From NCBI GenBank assembly GCA_963796055.1, contig CAWCKH010000002.1, positions 32,001 to 96,000 of the forward strand: a stretch of DNA of 64,000 bases. Reading direction: 5' to 3'. Of this stretch, positions 1-9,487 are shown piece by piece (the stretch's first letter is position 1; every line of letters starts with the position of its first letter). Origin of the DNA: an uncultured delta proteobacterium. GTDB taxonomy: Bacteria > Myxococcota > Myxococcia > Myxococcales > Myxococcaceae. The notes below the pieces were generated by a model. It had not been told where the DNA came from, searched no databases, and saw only the letters and a list, made by a program, of their open reading frames with translations. The position numbers and the translations under genes are program-made.

Positions 1-209
1 ACCGCGGTTTCCAGCGTCAGGAGGGCGCTCGCCGCTTGCCGGAGGGTGAACGCACTTGCAATCGAGCATCCCCTCCCCGGGGGAGCGGGCGGGCGCGGCG
101 AAGTCGCCAAACCGGTCTCGTCGCGCAGCTCTTGCGCGCCTCGAGCCCTGGGCCCTGGAGTACACGGCCGGTACGAGAAATGCTGTCCCCGGAGCGCGAG
201 AGGCAACCG

Positions 210-1310
210 ATGCGGATCGGAATCAACACCGGTGGGGGCGACGCCCCGGGACTCAATGCCGTCATCCACGCCGTCGTGCTCTCGGCCCATCACCGCGGCT
301 GGGAGGTCTACGGCATCCGGACCGGGTACGCGGGGCTGCTCGACACGAGCAAGACCTTTCGCCTGACCCCGGCACACGTGGAGTCCATCGTCGACCGGGG
401 TGGCACCATCCTCGGCACCACCAACCGGGCCGACCCCTTCCGCTTCCCGGTGAAGGGCCCCTCGGGCGAGGTGACGTTCGCCGACCTCTCGGACGAGGTG
501 GTGCGGAACTTCCGTGCCCTCCAGCTGGACGCGCTGGTGGCGGTGGGCGGAGACGGGAGCATGGGTCTCGCCGCCCGGTTCGCCGCCAAGGGAATGCCGG
601 TGGTGGGCGTGCCCAAGACCATCGACAACGACCTCGCGGACACCAACTACAGCTTCGGGTTCGACACCGCGGTCTCCACCGCCACCGACGCGGTGGACAA
701 GCTGCACTCCACCGCCAGCGCCCATCAGCGGGTCTTCGTGGTGGAGGTGATGGGCCGCTACGTGGGCTGGATCGCCCTGCACACCGGGATCACCGGCTCG
801 GCCGACGTCATCCTCCTCCCGGAGGTGCCGTTCGACCTGGAGCACGTCTGCGCCAAGATCGACTCCAACGAGCGCCGCGGGAAGTTCTACGGCATCATCG
901 TCGCCGCAGAGGGCGCCAGGCCCGTGGGTGGCCAGCTCACCACCCGCGCCCAGTCCACCCTGGGTCGGCAGGAACCGCTGCTCGGCGGCATCGCCGAGTG
1001 GGTCGCTCGCGAGGTGGGCCAGCGCACCGGAAAGGAGACCCGCACCCTGGTCCTGGGCCACCTGCAGCGCGGAGGCTCGCCCACCCCGTTCGACCGTCTG
1101 GTGGCGCTCCGCTACGGCGCCGCGGCGGTGCGCTTCCTCGCCGAGGGCAAACGCAACGTCCTGGTGGCTTACCAGCCGCCGGAGGGCATGGTGCCGGTCC
1201 CGCTGGAGGGCGCCGCATCCCGTCGGAAGACCGTCCCCTTGGACAGCGACACCATCCGGACCTGCCGCGAGCTCGGCATCTCGCTCGGTGACGCGCCCAC
1301 GGTGGGGTGA
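210..1310 (+). CDS. pfkA: 6-phosphofructokinase (PfkA family, probably ATP-dependent group III)
   Basis: Motifs TGGGDAPGLN, GGTILGT, GGDGS, PKTIDND, VEVMGR, LGHLQRGG. ATG at 210 chosen within ORF 36..1310. Confidence 0.93.
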   Translation: MRIGINTGGGDAPGLNAVIHAVVLSAHHRGWEVYGIRTGYAGLLDTSKTFRLTPAHVESIVDRGGTILGTTNRADPFRFPVKGPSGEVTFADLSDEVVRNFRALQLDALVAVGGDGSMGLAARFAAKGMPVVGVPKTIDNDLADTNYSFGFDTAVSTATDAVDKLHSTASAHQRVFVVEVMGRYVGWIALHTGITGSADVILLPEVPFDLEHVCAKIDSNERRGKFYGIIVAAEGARPVGGQLTTRAQSTLGRQEPLLGGIAEWVAREVGQRTGKETRTLVLGHLQRGGSPTPFDRLVALRYGAAAVRFLAEGKRNVLVAYQPPEGMVPVPLEGAASRRKTVPLDSDTIRTCRELGISLGDAPTVG

Positions 1311-1933
1311 GTGCTAGCGTGGGTCCGTTCATGTACCCGGATCGTTTCCGGCTCCCTTTCCTCGCCGGCGTGCTGATCGCCGCCGCCGAGCGTCGGCGCC
1401 CTGGCCTCGGCCCCTGGTCCTTCCAGGTCGAGGAGCAGCTCCGCCACGCATTCGACTCCGAGCTGGAGGACGTGCGGCGGAGCTTCCTCGAGTCGTTCGA
1501 CGACCCCGGATGGTTCACCCGGGTGGAGGAGAAGATCGAGGAGATCGCCCTGCCCCGCTACCTGGTCGAGGCGAAGCGGCAGACCGACCTCGAGCAGCGC
1601 GGCTACGGGCTCTGGCGCGGGGGAGACCTCCTGTCCCGCATCGTCTGGGGGCTGGGCGGCTTCTTCCTCGGCGTCTTCCTGGTGAAGGCGCCCTTCATTC
1701 CCATCCCCACCACCTGGGACCTGCTCGCCTTCGCGCTGCTGCTGCTCTGCCCGTTCATTCCCGACGCGCAGATTGCCCTGCACAAGCGCCGGCATCGTCG
1801 GGCGCTGCGGGCCATCGTGGAGGATCTCCAGGACGCCGAGGCGAAGCTGGAGCTCTACCAACCGCTGTCCGCGCCGGAGCCCTCCCCCACCGCCCTGCCG
1901 GCGGGCCGGGAATCGCTCCGGCAGAAGGGCTGA
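1307..1933 (+). CDS. hypothetical membrane protein (two TM segments)
   Basis: GTG overlaps the pfkA stop (GTGA); two hydrophobic stretches; typical codon usage. Confidence 0.7.
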   Translation: MSASVGPFMYPDRFRLPFLAGVLIAAAERRRPGLGPWSFQVEEQLRHAFDSELEDVRRSFLESFDDPGWFTRVEEKIEEIALPRYLVEAKRQTDLEQRGYGLWRGGDLLSRIVWGLGGFFLGVFLVKAPFIPIPTTWDLLAFALLLLCPFIPDAQIALHKRRHRRALRAIVEDLQDAEAKLELYQPLSAPEPSPTALPAGRESLRQKG

Positions 1934-1935
1934 CC

Positions 1936-3030
1936 GTGCAGCCGATGCAGGTGCCTCCCGGCATGTCCCGCCGCCGCTTCGACCTCCGCGCCGTGGGCCG
2001 GCGGGTCTTCGGCCAGCGCCCGGGGCGCAGGCTGTATCTGGTGGTGGCCGCCGCGGTGTTCGTCCTGATCGTCTGGGGTGTATGCACGGTCTACGTCCAC
2101 CCGAACGAGTTCGCGGTGAAGCAGGTCACCGTCGGCCGCCACAAGGGCATCCTCCCCGAGGTCTACTACCCGGGGCTCCACTTCGTGAGCCCGGGCACCG
2201 AACGGCTCCACGTCTTCCCCACCGACCTCCAGTCGCTCGACCTGACCAGCGATCCCAACGAGCGCCCCAAGGACGACAAGCGGGTCACCCCGGCGATCAA
2301 CATCCAGACCTCGGAGGGGTACACGGTCGCCGTCGACGTCTCGGTACTCTACCGGATCGAGGATCCGTACAAGGTTCTGACTACCATCGGTCCCGGGAAG
2401 CTGTACGAGGACGCGCTGGTCATTCCTCGGACCGAGCAGATCCTCCGCAAGCGGCTCGGCCAGCTCGACGCCGAGGAGTTCTACGACGTGCACAAGCGGC
2501 AGGTGCGGGGCCAGGGCGCACGCGAGGAGCTCAATGCCGAGCTGGTCCCCAACGGCATCCGGGTGACCCACATCTTCATGCGCCGGTACGAGTACGACGC
2601 CCGGTACCAGCAGGCCATCGAGCAGCGGAAGATCCAGGACCAGACCGTCTTCAAGAACATCGCCGAGGCAGAGCTGGCCACGGCAACCGCCGAGCGCGAC
2701 CGGGTGGTGGCGCTGGGTCAGGCGGCGATCCGGGTGGAGCTCGCCCGGGGCGAGGCGGAGAAGAAGAAGCTCGAGGCCGAGGCCGACCTCTACTCGCGGC
2801 GGCAGCGGGCGGCCGGTGAGCTGGCAGTGTCTCTCGCCGAGGCCGAGGGCACCCGGCTGGAGAACGAGGCCCTGCGCGGCGTCGGCGCCGAGAACCTGGT
2901 GGGCCTGAAGATGGCGGAGGTGCTGCGAGGGACGAAGATCATCGTCGTCCCGACCGACGGCGAGTCCGGCGTCAATCCGCTCGACCTGCGCTCTGCCCTG
3001 AAGCGCTTCGACGTGAAGGGTGGCCCATGA
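1936..3030 (+). CDS. SPFH/band-7 (prohibitin/HflK-like) membrane protein
   Basis: N-terminal TM, PGLHF motif, IQTSEGYTVAVDVSVLYRI, C-terminal Ala/Glu coiled coil. Start GTG 1936 or ATG 1945. Confidence 0.85.
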   Translation: MQPMQVPPGMSRRRFDLRAVGRRVFGQRPGRRLYLVVAAAVFVLIVWGVCTVYVHPNEFAVKQVTVGRHKGILPEVYYPGLHFVSPGTERLHVFPTDLQSLDLTSDPNERPKDDKRVTPAINIQTSEGYTVAVDVSVLYRIEDPYKVLTTIGPGKLYEDALVIPRTEQILRKRLGQLDAEEFYDVHKRQVRGQGAREELNAELVPNGIRVTHIFMRRYEYDARYQQAIEQRKIQDQTVFKNIAEAELATATAERDRVVALGQAAIRVELARGEAEKKKLEAEADLYSRRQRAAGELAVSLAEAEGTRLENEALRGVGAENLVGLKMAEVLRGTKIIVVPTDGESGVNPLDLRSALKRFDVKGGP

Positions 3031-4091
3031 GACGGCTGCTCTGGCCCCTGCTGCTGGCGATGCCGCTGGCGGGCTGCACCTGCCACTCCACCCACAGCAC
3101 CGAGGTGGGCGTCCTCACCCGCCGTGCCACTCTGGGCGGAATCCTGGGGAAAGCCGGCATCCAGACCGAGGTCTACGCTCCGGGCGCGACCTACCTCTTT
3201 CCGATCTTCTTCACCGATTGGCACACCTTCGACGTCTCGCTCCAGAACCTGAGCATGGTGCGCGACGTGAAGAAGGGAGACCGGAGCGCCGAGGACGACC
3301 TCTTCTTCAAGACCATCGACGGAAACGACATCCGGGTCGACGTGACGGTGGCCTGGGCGGTCGACCCGAGGCGCGCGCCGTACCTCCTGAACAAGGTCGG
3401 CGAGAGCACCCAGCAGGTGAAGGAGAAGCTGGTCCGCCCGGCGTGCCGGAGCGTCGTCCGCGACGTGCTCAACTCGCTCCGCTCCGAGGAGTTCTACGTC
3501 TCCGAGAAGCGTTTCGCCAAGGCGGCCGAGGCCCGCGACCGGCTGGCGGCGGTGCTCGAGCCGGAGGGCATCCTGGTACGGCAGGTCATCCTGGGCGAGC
3601 ACCACTTCAATCCGGAGTACGAGAAGGTCATCCGGGACAAGAAGCTGGCGGAGCAGAACAGTGAGCGGATGCGCAGCGAGGCCCGGGCCGCCGCCGAGCA
3701 GGTGAAGAGCGAGCTCCAGAAGGCCAAGGGCAGCGTGAACCAGACGCTGGCCGCGGCGCAGGGCGCCCTGGACACCGCGAAGCTCGGTGCCGACGCCCAG
3801 CTCTTCCAGAACCAGAAGCAGGCCGAGGCGTTGGTCGCGGAGAAGAAGGCGCACGCCCAGGGCGTCCGGAAGCAGAACGAGGCGCTCGCCGGAAGCGGCG
3901 GGACGGCGCTGGTGAAGCTGAAGATCGCCGAGGCCCTCGCCGGGAAGGACCTGGTCTTCATCCCCGGCGGCAAGACAGGGGTGGGGGTCCAGACCTTGAA
4001 CATGAACCAGCTGCTCCAGGCGATCACCGCCCAGCAGGCGGTGCAGGCCGCGCAGCCCGCAGATCAGAAGACGGCCGAGCCCGCGCGCTGA
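3027..4091 (+). CDS. SPFH/band-7 protein with lipoprotein-type signal
   Basis: LAGC lipobox, FKTIDGNDIRVDVTVAW SPFH core, coiled coil; ATGA overlap with the upstream gene. Confidence 0.85.
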   Translation: MRRLLWPLLLAMPLAGCTCHSTHSTEVGVLTRRATLGGILGKAGIQTEVYAPGATYLFPIFFTDWHTFDVSLQNLSMVRDVKKGDRSAEDDLFFKTIDGNDIRVDVTVAWAVDPRRAPYLLNKVGESTQQVKEKLVRPACRSVVRDVLNSLRSEEFYVSEKRFAKAAEARDRLAAVLEPEGILVRQVILGEHHFNPEYEKVIRDKKLAEQNSERMRSEARAAAEQVKSELQKAKGSVNQTLAAAQGALDTAKLGADAQLFQNQKQAEALVAEKKAHAQGVRKQNEALAGSGGTALVKLKIAEALAGKDLVFIPGGKTGVGVQTLNMNQLLQAITAQQAVQAAQPADQKTAEPAR

Positions 4092-4247
4092 CGAGGGACG
4101 CTGGCGACGATCGCCCAGCTCCGGATCTGGGCCCGAGCGGACCCGGGGCTCCGCCGGATGCGCGACCTTGCCGTCCGCTGGAGGAAGCGACGGACCTGAG
4201 GAGCACGGGCGAGGAGGACGCGGGGCGTGAGGGTATAGTGCGCCGCC

Positions 4248-5438
4248 ATGCAGACGCCCCGCCGTTTGCACATCGCCTACGCCATCGACACGTTCGACGG
4301 CGTGAAGACCGGCGGCGTCATCTCCGCGCAGCGCTTCGTCTCCGCGCTCCGGGAGCGCCACGAGGTGACGGTCATCGCCGGCGGGCCGAGCGGTGAGGGG
4401 CGGGTCGGGCTGCGTCGCTTCACCATCCCGCCCTTCGGCCGGGTGATGCGAGAGATGGGCTTCATCTTCGCCTGGCCCTCGCGCCGCGTGCTCGAGCCGG
4501 TGCTGCGCCGCGCCGACGTGCTCCACGTCCAGTTCCCCTTCTGGCTCGGCATCCGCGCCACCACCCTGGCGCGCCGGCTGGGCACGCCGGTGGTGGCGGC
4601 CTCGCACCTCCTCCCGGAGAACATGCTCCACAACATCGGCGTCCACTCCCAGTGGTGGGTGGACCGGACCTGGCGGTTCTTCATCTCCGCGCTGTACGGC
4701 CGCGCCGATCACGTCGTGTCCCCCACCGCGTTCGGCCTGGAGCAGCTGCGGCGCCACGGCCTCACCGTCCCGGTGGACGTCATCTCCAACGGCATCCCGC
4801 CACAGTTCCGTCCCGGGCCGGCCGAGCGCGAGGCACGCCACCGCGGCCGGTTCCTGGTGCTGTCGGTCTCGCGACTGGCGAACGAGAAGCGGATCGAGGT
4901 GATCATCGAGGCGGTGCGCCGCTCGCGCCACGCCGCCCGCATTCAGCTGCTGCTGTGCGGGCACGGGCCGGAGGAGGACCGGTTGCGGCGCCTCTCGGCC
5001 ACGCTGCCCTTGCCCGCGGAGATCCGGGTCGTCGAGGCGGAGGACATGCCGGCCCTGATGCGCTCCGCGGATTTCCTGGTCCATGCCGCCGAGGTCGAGC
5101 TCGAGGGGATGGCGCTGCTCGAGGCGCTCGGCACCGGCCTCCCGGCGCTGATCGCCGACGCGCCGCTGAGCGCCGCGAGCCGGTTCGCAGTCGGCGACGA
5201 GTTCCGTTTCCCAGCCGGCGACGTCGACGAGCTGGCCCGGAGAATCGACTTCCTGATCGACCACCCGGACCGGCTGGCCGCGGCACGCCAGGCGAGCCTG
5301 GCCGTCGCCCGAGGGCTGACGCTCGAGGCCTCCGTCGCCAAGCTGGAGGCCGTCTACGACCAGGTCGCCCGTCCCGTCCCTGCTAGCGACGCGGACGCTC
5401 GCCCCGCACCAGCCACAGCGAGCCCGGCAGCGCCGTGA
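4248..5438 (+). CDS. glycosyltransferase family 4
   Basis: ISNGI, SRLANEKRI and ELEGMALLEA (EX7E) motifs. Confidence 0.88.
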   Translation: MQTPRRLHIAYAIDTFDGVKTGGVISAQRFVSALRERHEVTVIAGGPSGEGRVGLRRFTIPPFGRVMREMGFIFAWPSRRVLEPVLRRADVLHVQFPFWLGIRATTLARRLGTPVVAASHLLPENMLHNIGVHSQWWVDRTWRFFISALYGRADHVVSPTAFGLEQLRRHGLTVPVDVISNGIPPQFRPGPAEREARHRGRFLVLSVSRLANEKRIEVIIEAVRRSRHAARIQLLLCGHGPEEDRLRRLSATLPLPAEIRVVEAEDMPALMRSADFLVHAAEVELEGMALLEALGTGLPALIADAPLSAASRFAVGDEFRFPAGDVDELARRIDFLIDHPDRLAAARQASLAVARGLTLEASVAKLEAVYDQVARPVPASDADARPAPATASPAAP

Positions 5439-7659
5439 AGTCGGCGACCATCGCCAGCAGGAACGCGGCGGAGGTGACCAGGCCGAACTGGCGTAGCGGC
5501 GGGAAGCTGGAGAAGGCCAGGCCCAGGAAACCGGCGGCGTTGATCAGGGTGGCGAAGAGGATGGCCCGCCCGGAGACCCGCAGCGCGTGGCGCATCGCCC
5601 CGTCGAGCCCACCTGCGCCCTCCCCCTCGTGGAGGTGGTGGAAGAAATGGATCTGGTCGTTTTCGGTCGTGCCGAGCACGGTGGTGGCGATGAGGATGGT
5701 GGCCACGTTGAGCGAGCCTCCCAGCAGCCGCATCCCCAGGAAGGTGACCAGGATGGCGAAGACCGAAGGGATCATCGCCATCAGCCGTGCCGAGGCGCTG
5801 CGGAAGACCACCAGGAAGGCGGCGAAGATCAGCGCCGCGGTGAGGCTGAAGCTCTCGGTCAGGGTCGGCACCAGGCTGGCGCCCACCTTGGCCTGAAGGA
5901 TCGACTCGCCCACCACCTGCATGCTGGCGCCGTGGAAGGCGGGATCGCCGCCCACCGCCTCGTCCCAGACCCGGCGAAGCTCGCGCGCCAGGGCCTGGTA
6001 GTCGGCCTCCGTGCCGCGGGCGAGCAGCACCGTGAGCTGGACGTTGGAGAGCGTCCCCACGTCGATGAAGCCGCGCAGCTCGGGCTGGCTGAGCAGGAGC
6101 TGCTCCACGTCTCCGGCCAGCCGGGCGAAGGTGGCCGGGTCCTGCGGGAGCGCTTCTCCCTGGCCCGCCAGGGCGCGTCGCATGCGCAGGAAGGTGGTCG
6201 GCCCCACCACCGAGGACACGGCGGGCAGCGCCTCCACCGCGGTGGTGAGACGGTCCAGCCCGCGGAGGACCTCCGGGTCGACCGCGGCGCCGGGAGCCGT
6301 CTTGATCCACACCCGGACGGCGTTCAGCCCGGAGACGTGCTCGCGGAAGAAGACCATGTCGCGATGGATGGGCAGGCTCGGGTCGACGTAGTCGAGCGAA
6401 TCGACGCCCAGCCTCATCGGCGGCAGCCGCCCGGGAATTCCGAACAGCGCCACCAGGCCTGCTGCGGAGAGGGTCAAGGAGGCGACCAGAAGCGGCCACC
6501 GCCAGCGAAAGGTGAAGCCGGGGATCGCCTCCGCCACCCGGTCGTAGAGCGCGGAGCGGATGGGGACCGTGCGGCCGGTCGGTGTGCGCAGCAGCTTCTG
6601 CAGCGCCGGGAACAGCGTGAATGCCACCACCCAGGCGATGGCGAGGCCGGCCGCCGTCCAGAGCCCCATCTCGCGGATGGGGCGAATGCGCGACACCACC
6701 AGCGCGGCGAAGCCCAGCACCGCGGCCACGCTGGAGGCCGTCACCGGCAGGAACTTGTTGGCCAGGGCGTGGAGCTGGTGCACGTCGACCGGCACGCCTT
6801 CCGGCTGGTCCACGAAGCGGGAGTGCAGGTAGACCAGCGATGCCAGCGCGGTGACCATGACCGTGAGCGGCACCACCGCCGAGACCACGGTGAAGGAGAA
6901 GCCGAGTAGCTGGCCCGCCCCCATCGCCAGCGCCACCGCGGTGCCGAGCGCCAGGAGGATCGCCAGCAACGAGCGGACGGAGCGGTAGAGGAACAGCGCC
7001 AGGCCCACCACCAGCAGCCCAAAGACCGGGAACCAGCGGACCGAGGCCTGCCCCGACTCGCGTTCGATCCAGGACTCCACGTAGGGCGCGCCCACCTTGC
7101 GAACGTGGGTCACCGCCTTGAAGGGCGTCGTGGCCACCGCCCGGTCGATCGCCGCGAGCCACCCGTCACGTGCCCTGGCACCCTTCGACGGAAAGCCCAC
7201 GACCAGGCCGAGGAACCGGTCGCCCACCAGCCCCTGCTTGCGCAGGAGCCCGGTGCCCGTGGCGAAGCGGCGCAGCGCCTCTGCGCCCTCGGGCGTCGGC
7301 GCGAAGCCAGGATGGGCGCGCCGCCAGGTGTCCAGGGCGGACACCACCGTCACCTCTGGAACCTTTCCCAGCGACGCCGCCAGCGCGTCGGCGTCGGCCA
7401 GCGCCGCCGGCTGGAAGGGATCGCTCGACTCGAGGAGCAGCAGCACGAACTGCCCCTCGGGGAATACCCTCTGGAAGTCGCGGGTGGCCAGCCAGTCGGG
7501 GTCGTCGCGCATGACCAGCCCGGAGATGGCTCCCTCCGAGGGGATGCGCATCGCCAGGACGGCCGCGGCCGGGACGAGCAGCGCGAACAGGAGCACGATC
7601 GGGACCCGCAGTGCCACGATGCGGGCGAAGATGCGCTCGAGGCGGGAGCTGGAAGTCAC
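5383..7659 (-). CDS. MMPL/RND-family lipid transporter (BstA/HpnN-like)
   Basis: Two repeats of TM + periplasmic domain + 5 TM. GTG at 7659 chosen within ORF 5383..8166. Confidence 0.85.
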   Translation of the reverse strand: MTSSSRLERIFARIVALRVPIVLLFALLVPAAAVLAMRIPSEGAISGLVMRDDPDWLATRDFQRVFPEGQFVLLLLESSDPFQPAALADADALAASLGKVPEVTVVSALDTWRRAHPGFAPTPEGAEALRRFATGTGLLRKQGLVGDRFLGLVVGFPSKGARARDGWLAAIDRAVATTPFKAVTHVRKVGAPYVESWIERESGQASVRWFPVFGLLVVGLALFLYRSVRSLLAILLALGTAVALAMGAGQLLGFSFTVVSAVVPLTVMVTALASLVYLHSRFVDQPEGVPVDVHQLHALANKFLPVTASSVAAVLGFAALVVSRIRPIREMGLWTAAGLAIAWVVAFTLFPALQKLLRTPTGRTVPIRSALYDRVAEAIPGFTFRWRWPLLVASLTLSAAGLVALFGIPGRLPPMRLGVDSLDYVDPSLPIHRDMVFFREHVSGLNAVRVWIKTAPGAAVDPEVLRGLDRLTTAVEALPAVSSVVGPTTFLRMRRALAGQGEALPQDPATFARLAGDVEQLLLSQPELRGFIDVGTLSNVQLTVLLARGTEADYQALARELRRVWDEAVGGDPAFHGASMQVVGESILQAKVGASLVPTLTESFSLTAALIFAAFLVVFRSASARLMAMIPSVFAILVTFLGMRLLGGSLNVATILIATTVLGTTENDQIHFFHHLHEGEGAGGLDGAMRHALRVSGRAILFATLINAAGFLGLAFSSFPPLRQFGLVTSAAFLLAMVADFTALPGSLWLVRGERPRR

Positions 7660-7695
7660 GCCGGTCTCACCGTAGCACCGGGGTAGAGTCGTTCC

Positions 7696-8514
7696 ATGCG
7701 CACTGCGATCGTCGCCCTGGCCACTGCCCTCTCGGCCGCCCCGGTGCACGCAGCCGCCGACCCGCCCCTCACCTTGGTCGCCTGCGCCCCCGGCTATCCA
7801 GGCACCACCGAGGAGGCACAGTCCTCGATGGACGCCTTCGCGGCCGCGGTGACGAGAGGCGCCGGCGCGGCCCCCGGGCCGGTGGTGGCGGTCTACGTGC
7901 CCACCGAGAAGGAAGGGCTCACCCGCATCCGCGACGCGGCCGTGGCGCTGGTGCCGCTTCCCTTCTTCGTGCAGCACGGCGCCGCGCTCGGGCTGACGCC
8001 ACGCCTGGTGGTGGAGCAGAAGGGGCTCGGACCGACCGAGCGGTGGACGCTGGTGGCGAAGAAGGGACGCGTCGCCAGGGCCGCGGACCTGGACGGCATG
8101 ACGGTGTTCTCCATCGCCGGCTACGCGCCGGGGTTCGTGCGCCGTGTGCTCGGGGCGGCGTGGCACCTGCCCGAGTCCACCAAGGTGACGGAGTCGGCGC
8201 AGGTGCTCTCCGCGCTGCGCCGGGTCGTCAAGGGTGAGGACGTGGCGGTGCTCCTCGACGGTGCCCAGGGAAATGCGTTGCCGACGCTTCCCTTCGCCGC
8301 CGAGCTGGACGTGCTGGCCCGCTCGGAGCCACTGCCGGCGGCACTGGTCACGACGGTGGGCAAGCGGCCGGGGTCCGCGCGCTGGGCGACGCTGGAGAAG
8401 GCGCTCCTGTCGCTCCCGGCGGATCCCGCCGGCGCCAGCGCGCTCGACGGCATCCGGATGGTCCGCTTCACGCCCGTCGACCCGGCGGTGCTCGCGGCGG
8501 TGCGCAAGCTGTGA
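7696..8514 (+). CDS. PhnD/SsuA-like periplasmic binding protein (BstB-like)
   Basis: Signal peptide; CAPGYPG N-terminus and AVLLDGAQ; size and layout of a PhnD-type binding protein; divergent from the RND gene. Confidence 0.65.
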   Translation: MRTAIVALATALSAAPVHAAADPPLTLVACAPGYPGTTEEAQSSMDAFAAAVTRGAGAAPGPVVAVYVPTEKEGLTRIRDAAVALVPLPFFVQHGAALGLTPRLVVEQKGLGPTERWTLVAKKGRVARAADLDGMTVFSIAGYAPGFVRRVLGAAWHLPESTKVTESAQVLSALRRVVKGEDVAVLLDGAQGNALPTLPFAAELDVLARSEPLPAALVTTVGKRPGSARWATLEKALLSLPADPAGASALDGIRMVRFTPVDPAVLAAVRKL

Positions 8515-9182
8515 AGCCCAGACCTCTCATCCTGTTGCTCGGCCTCGCTGCCTGCGCCGCGCCGCTGCGCACGCTGCCACCCCCCGCCGAGGGGGCCGCC
8601 CAGGAGGACCCCGCCGCGCTGGCCGCCCAGTCGCGCGAGGCGACGCGCCAGAGCGGGCACGAGAGCTCGGCGGACGCCCGGCACGCCCTGGTGGAGAAGG
8701 CCCTCGAGGCGGGGCAGCGCTGCGTGCAGGTGGCGCCGGCCTCGGCGGAATGCAACTACGCTCTTGCCTTGGCCCTGGGGATCCAGGCCCGCGAGCGCCC
8801 CTCCACCGCCACTCAAGGGCTGAAGGCCATGGTCGAGCTGCTCCAGAAGGCCAACCGCCTCGACCCGAAGCTCGACCATGGCGGCCCGGCCCGCGTCCTG
8901 GCGCTGGTGCTGGTTCGCGCGCCCACCTGGCCGCTCGGTCCGGGCGATCCGGAGGCGGGGCTCACCGCTGCGCGGCAGGCGGTGGAGCTCTTCCCCGACT
9001 ACCCCGCCAATCCGCTGGCCCTCTCCGAGGCGCTCCTGGCCACCGACGATCAGGCCGGCTCGGAGGCGGCGGCCGCCCGGGGACTCGCGCTGGCGCGCGC
9101 CGCGGCGGCGAGGGGCGAGCGCGACGCCGAGGACTGGATCCGCGACGGCGAGGCGCTGATCGCGGGGCAGTCCCCCCGTTGA
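8511..9182 (+). CDS. TatT-like helical-repeat lipoprotein (BstC-like)
   Basis: LAAC lipobox; GGPARVLALVLVRAPTWPLGPGD and PDYPAN motifs; GTGA coupling to the upstream gene. Confidence 0.7.
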   Translation: MKPRPLILLLGLAACAAPLRTLPPPAEGAAQEDPAALAAQSREATRQSGHESSADARHALVEKALEAGQRCVQVAPASAECNYALALALGIQARERPSTATQGLKAMVELLQKANRLDPKLDHGGPARVLALVLVRAPTWPLGPGDPEAGLTAARQAVELFPDYPANPLALSEALLATDDQAGSEAAAARGLALARAAAARGERDAEDWIRDGEALIAGQSPR

Positions 9183-9307
9183 AGGACATCAGAACCCTGC
9201 CGAGGGCCATGTCCAACATTCGAGAACTCCTCGGCTTTTCACCCGCCCCGCAACGGTGCTCGATTCCGGTGTCCTTGTGTAGAGGCCGTCCTCGAAGGAG
9301 TTCACCC

Positions 9308-9487
9308 ATGAAGCTGAAGAGACTGTTCCAGGTCTTGGTGCTCGGCGGGACGAGCCTCCTCGCCGCCTCCGCGTGCGGGAGCGACAGCAGCAGCAACAAC
9401 AACGGCAACACCGTCCCTCCGCCTCATTCGCTCCTCCCGGACGGCGGCACGCCTCCGACCGGCTACACCGGTCCCACGATTTGGTAG
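9308..9487 (+). CDS. 59-aa small lipoprotein ending in Trp
   Basis: AAGGAG RBS upstream; MKLKRLFQVLVLGGTSLLAASAC signal/lipobox; low-complexity tail ending GPTIW. Confidence 0.75.
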   Translation: MKLKRLFQVLVLGGTSLLAASACGSDSSSNNNGNTVPPPHSLLPDGGTPPTGYTGPTIW

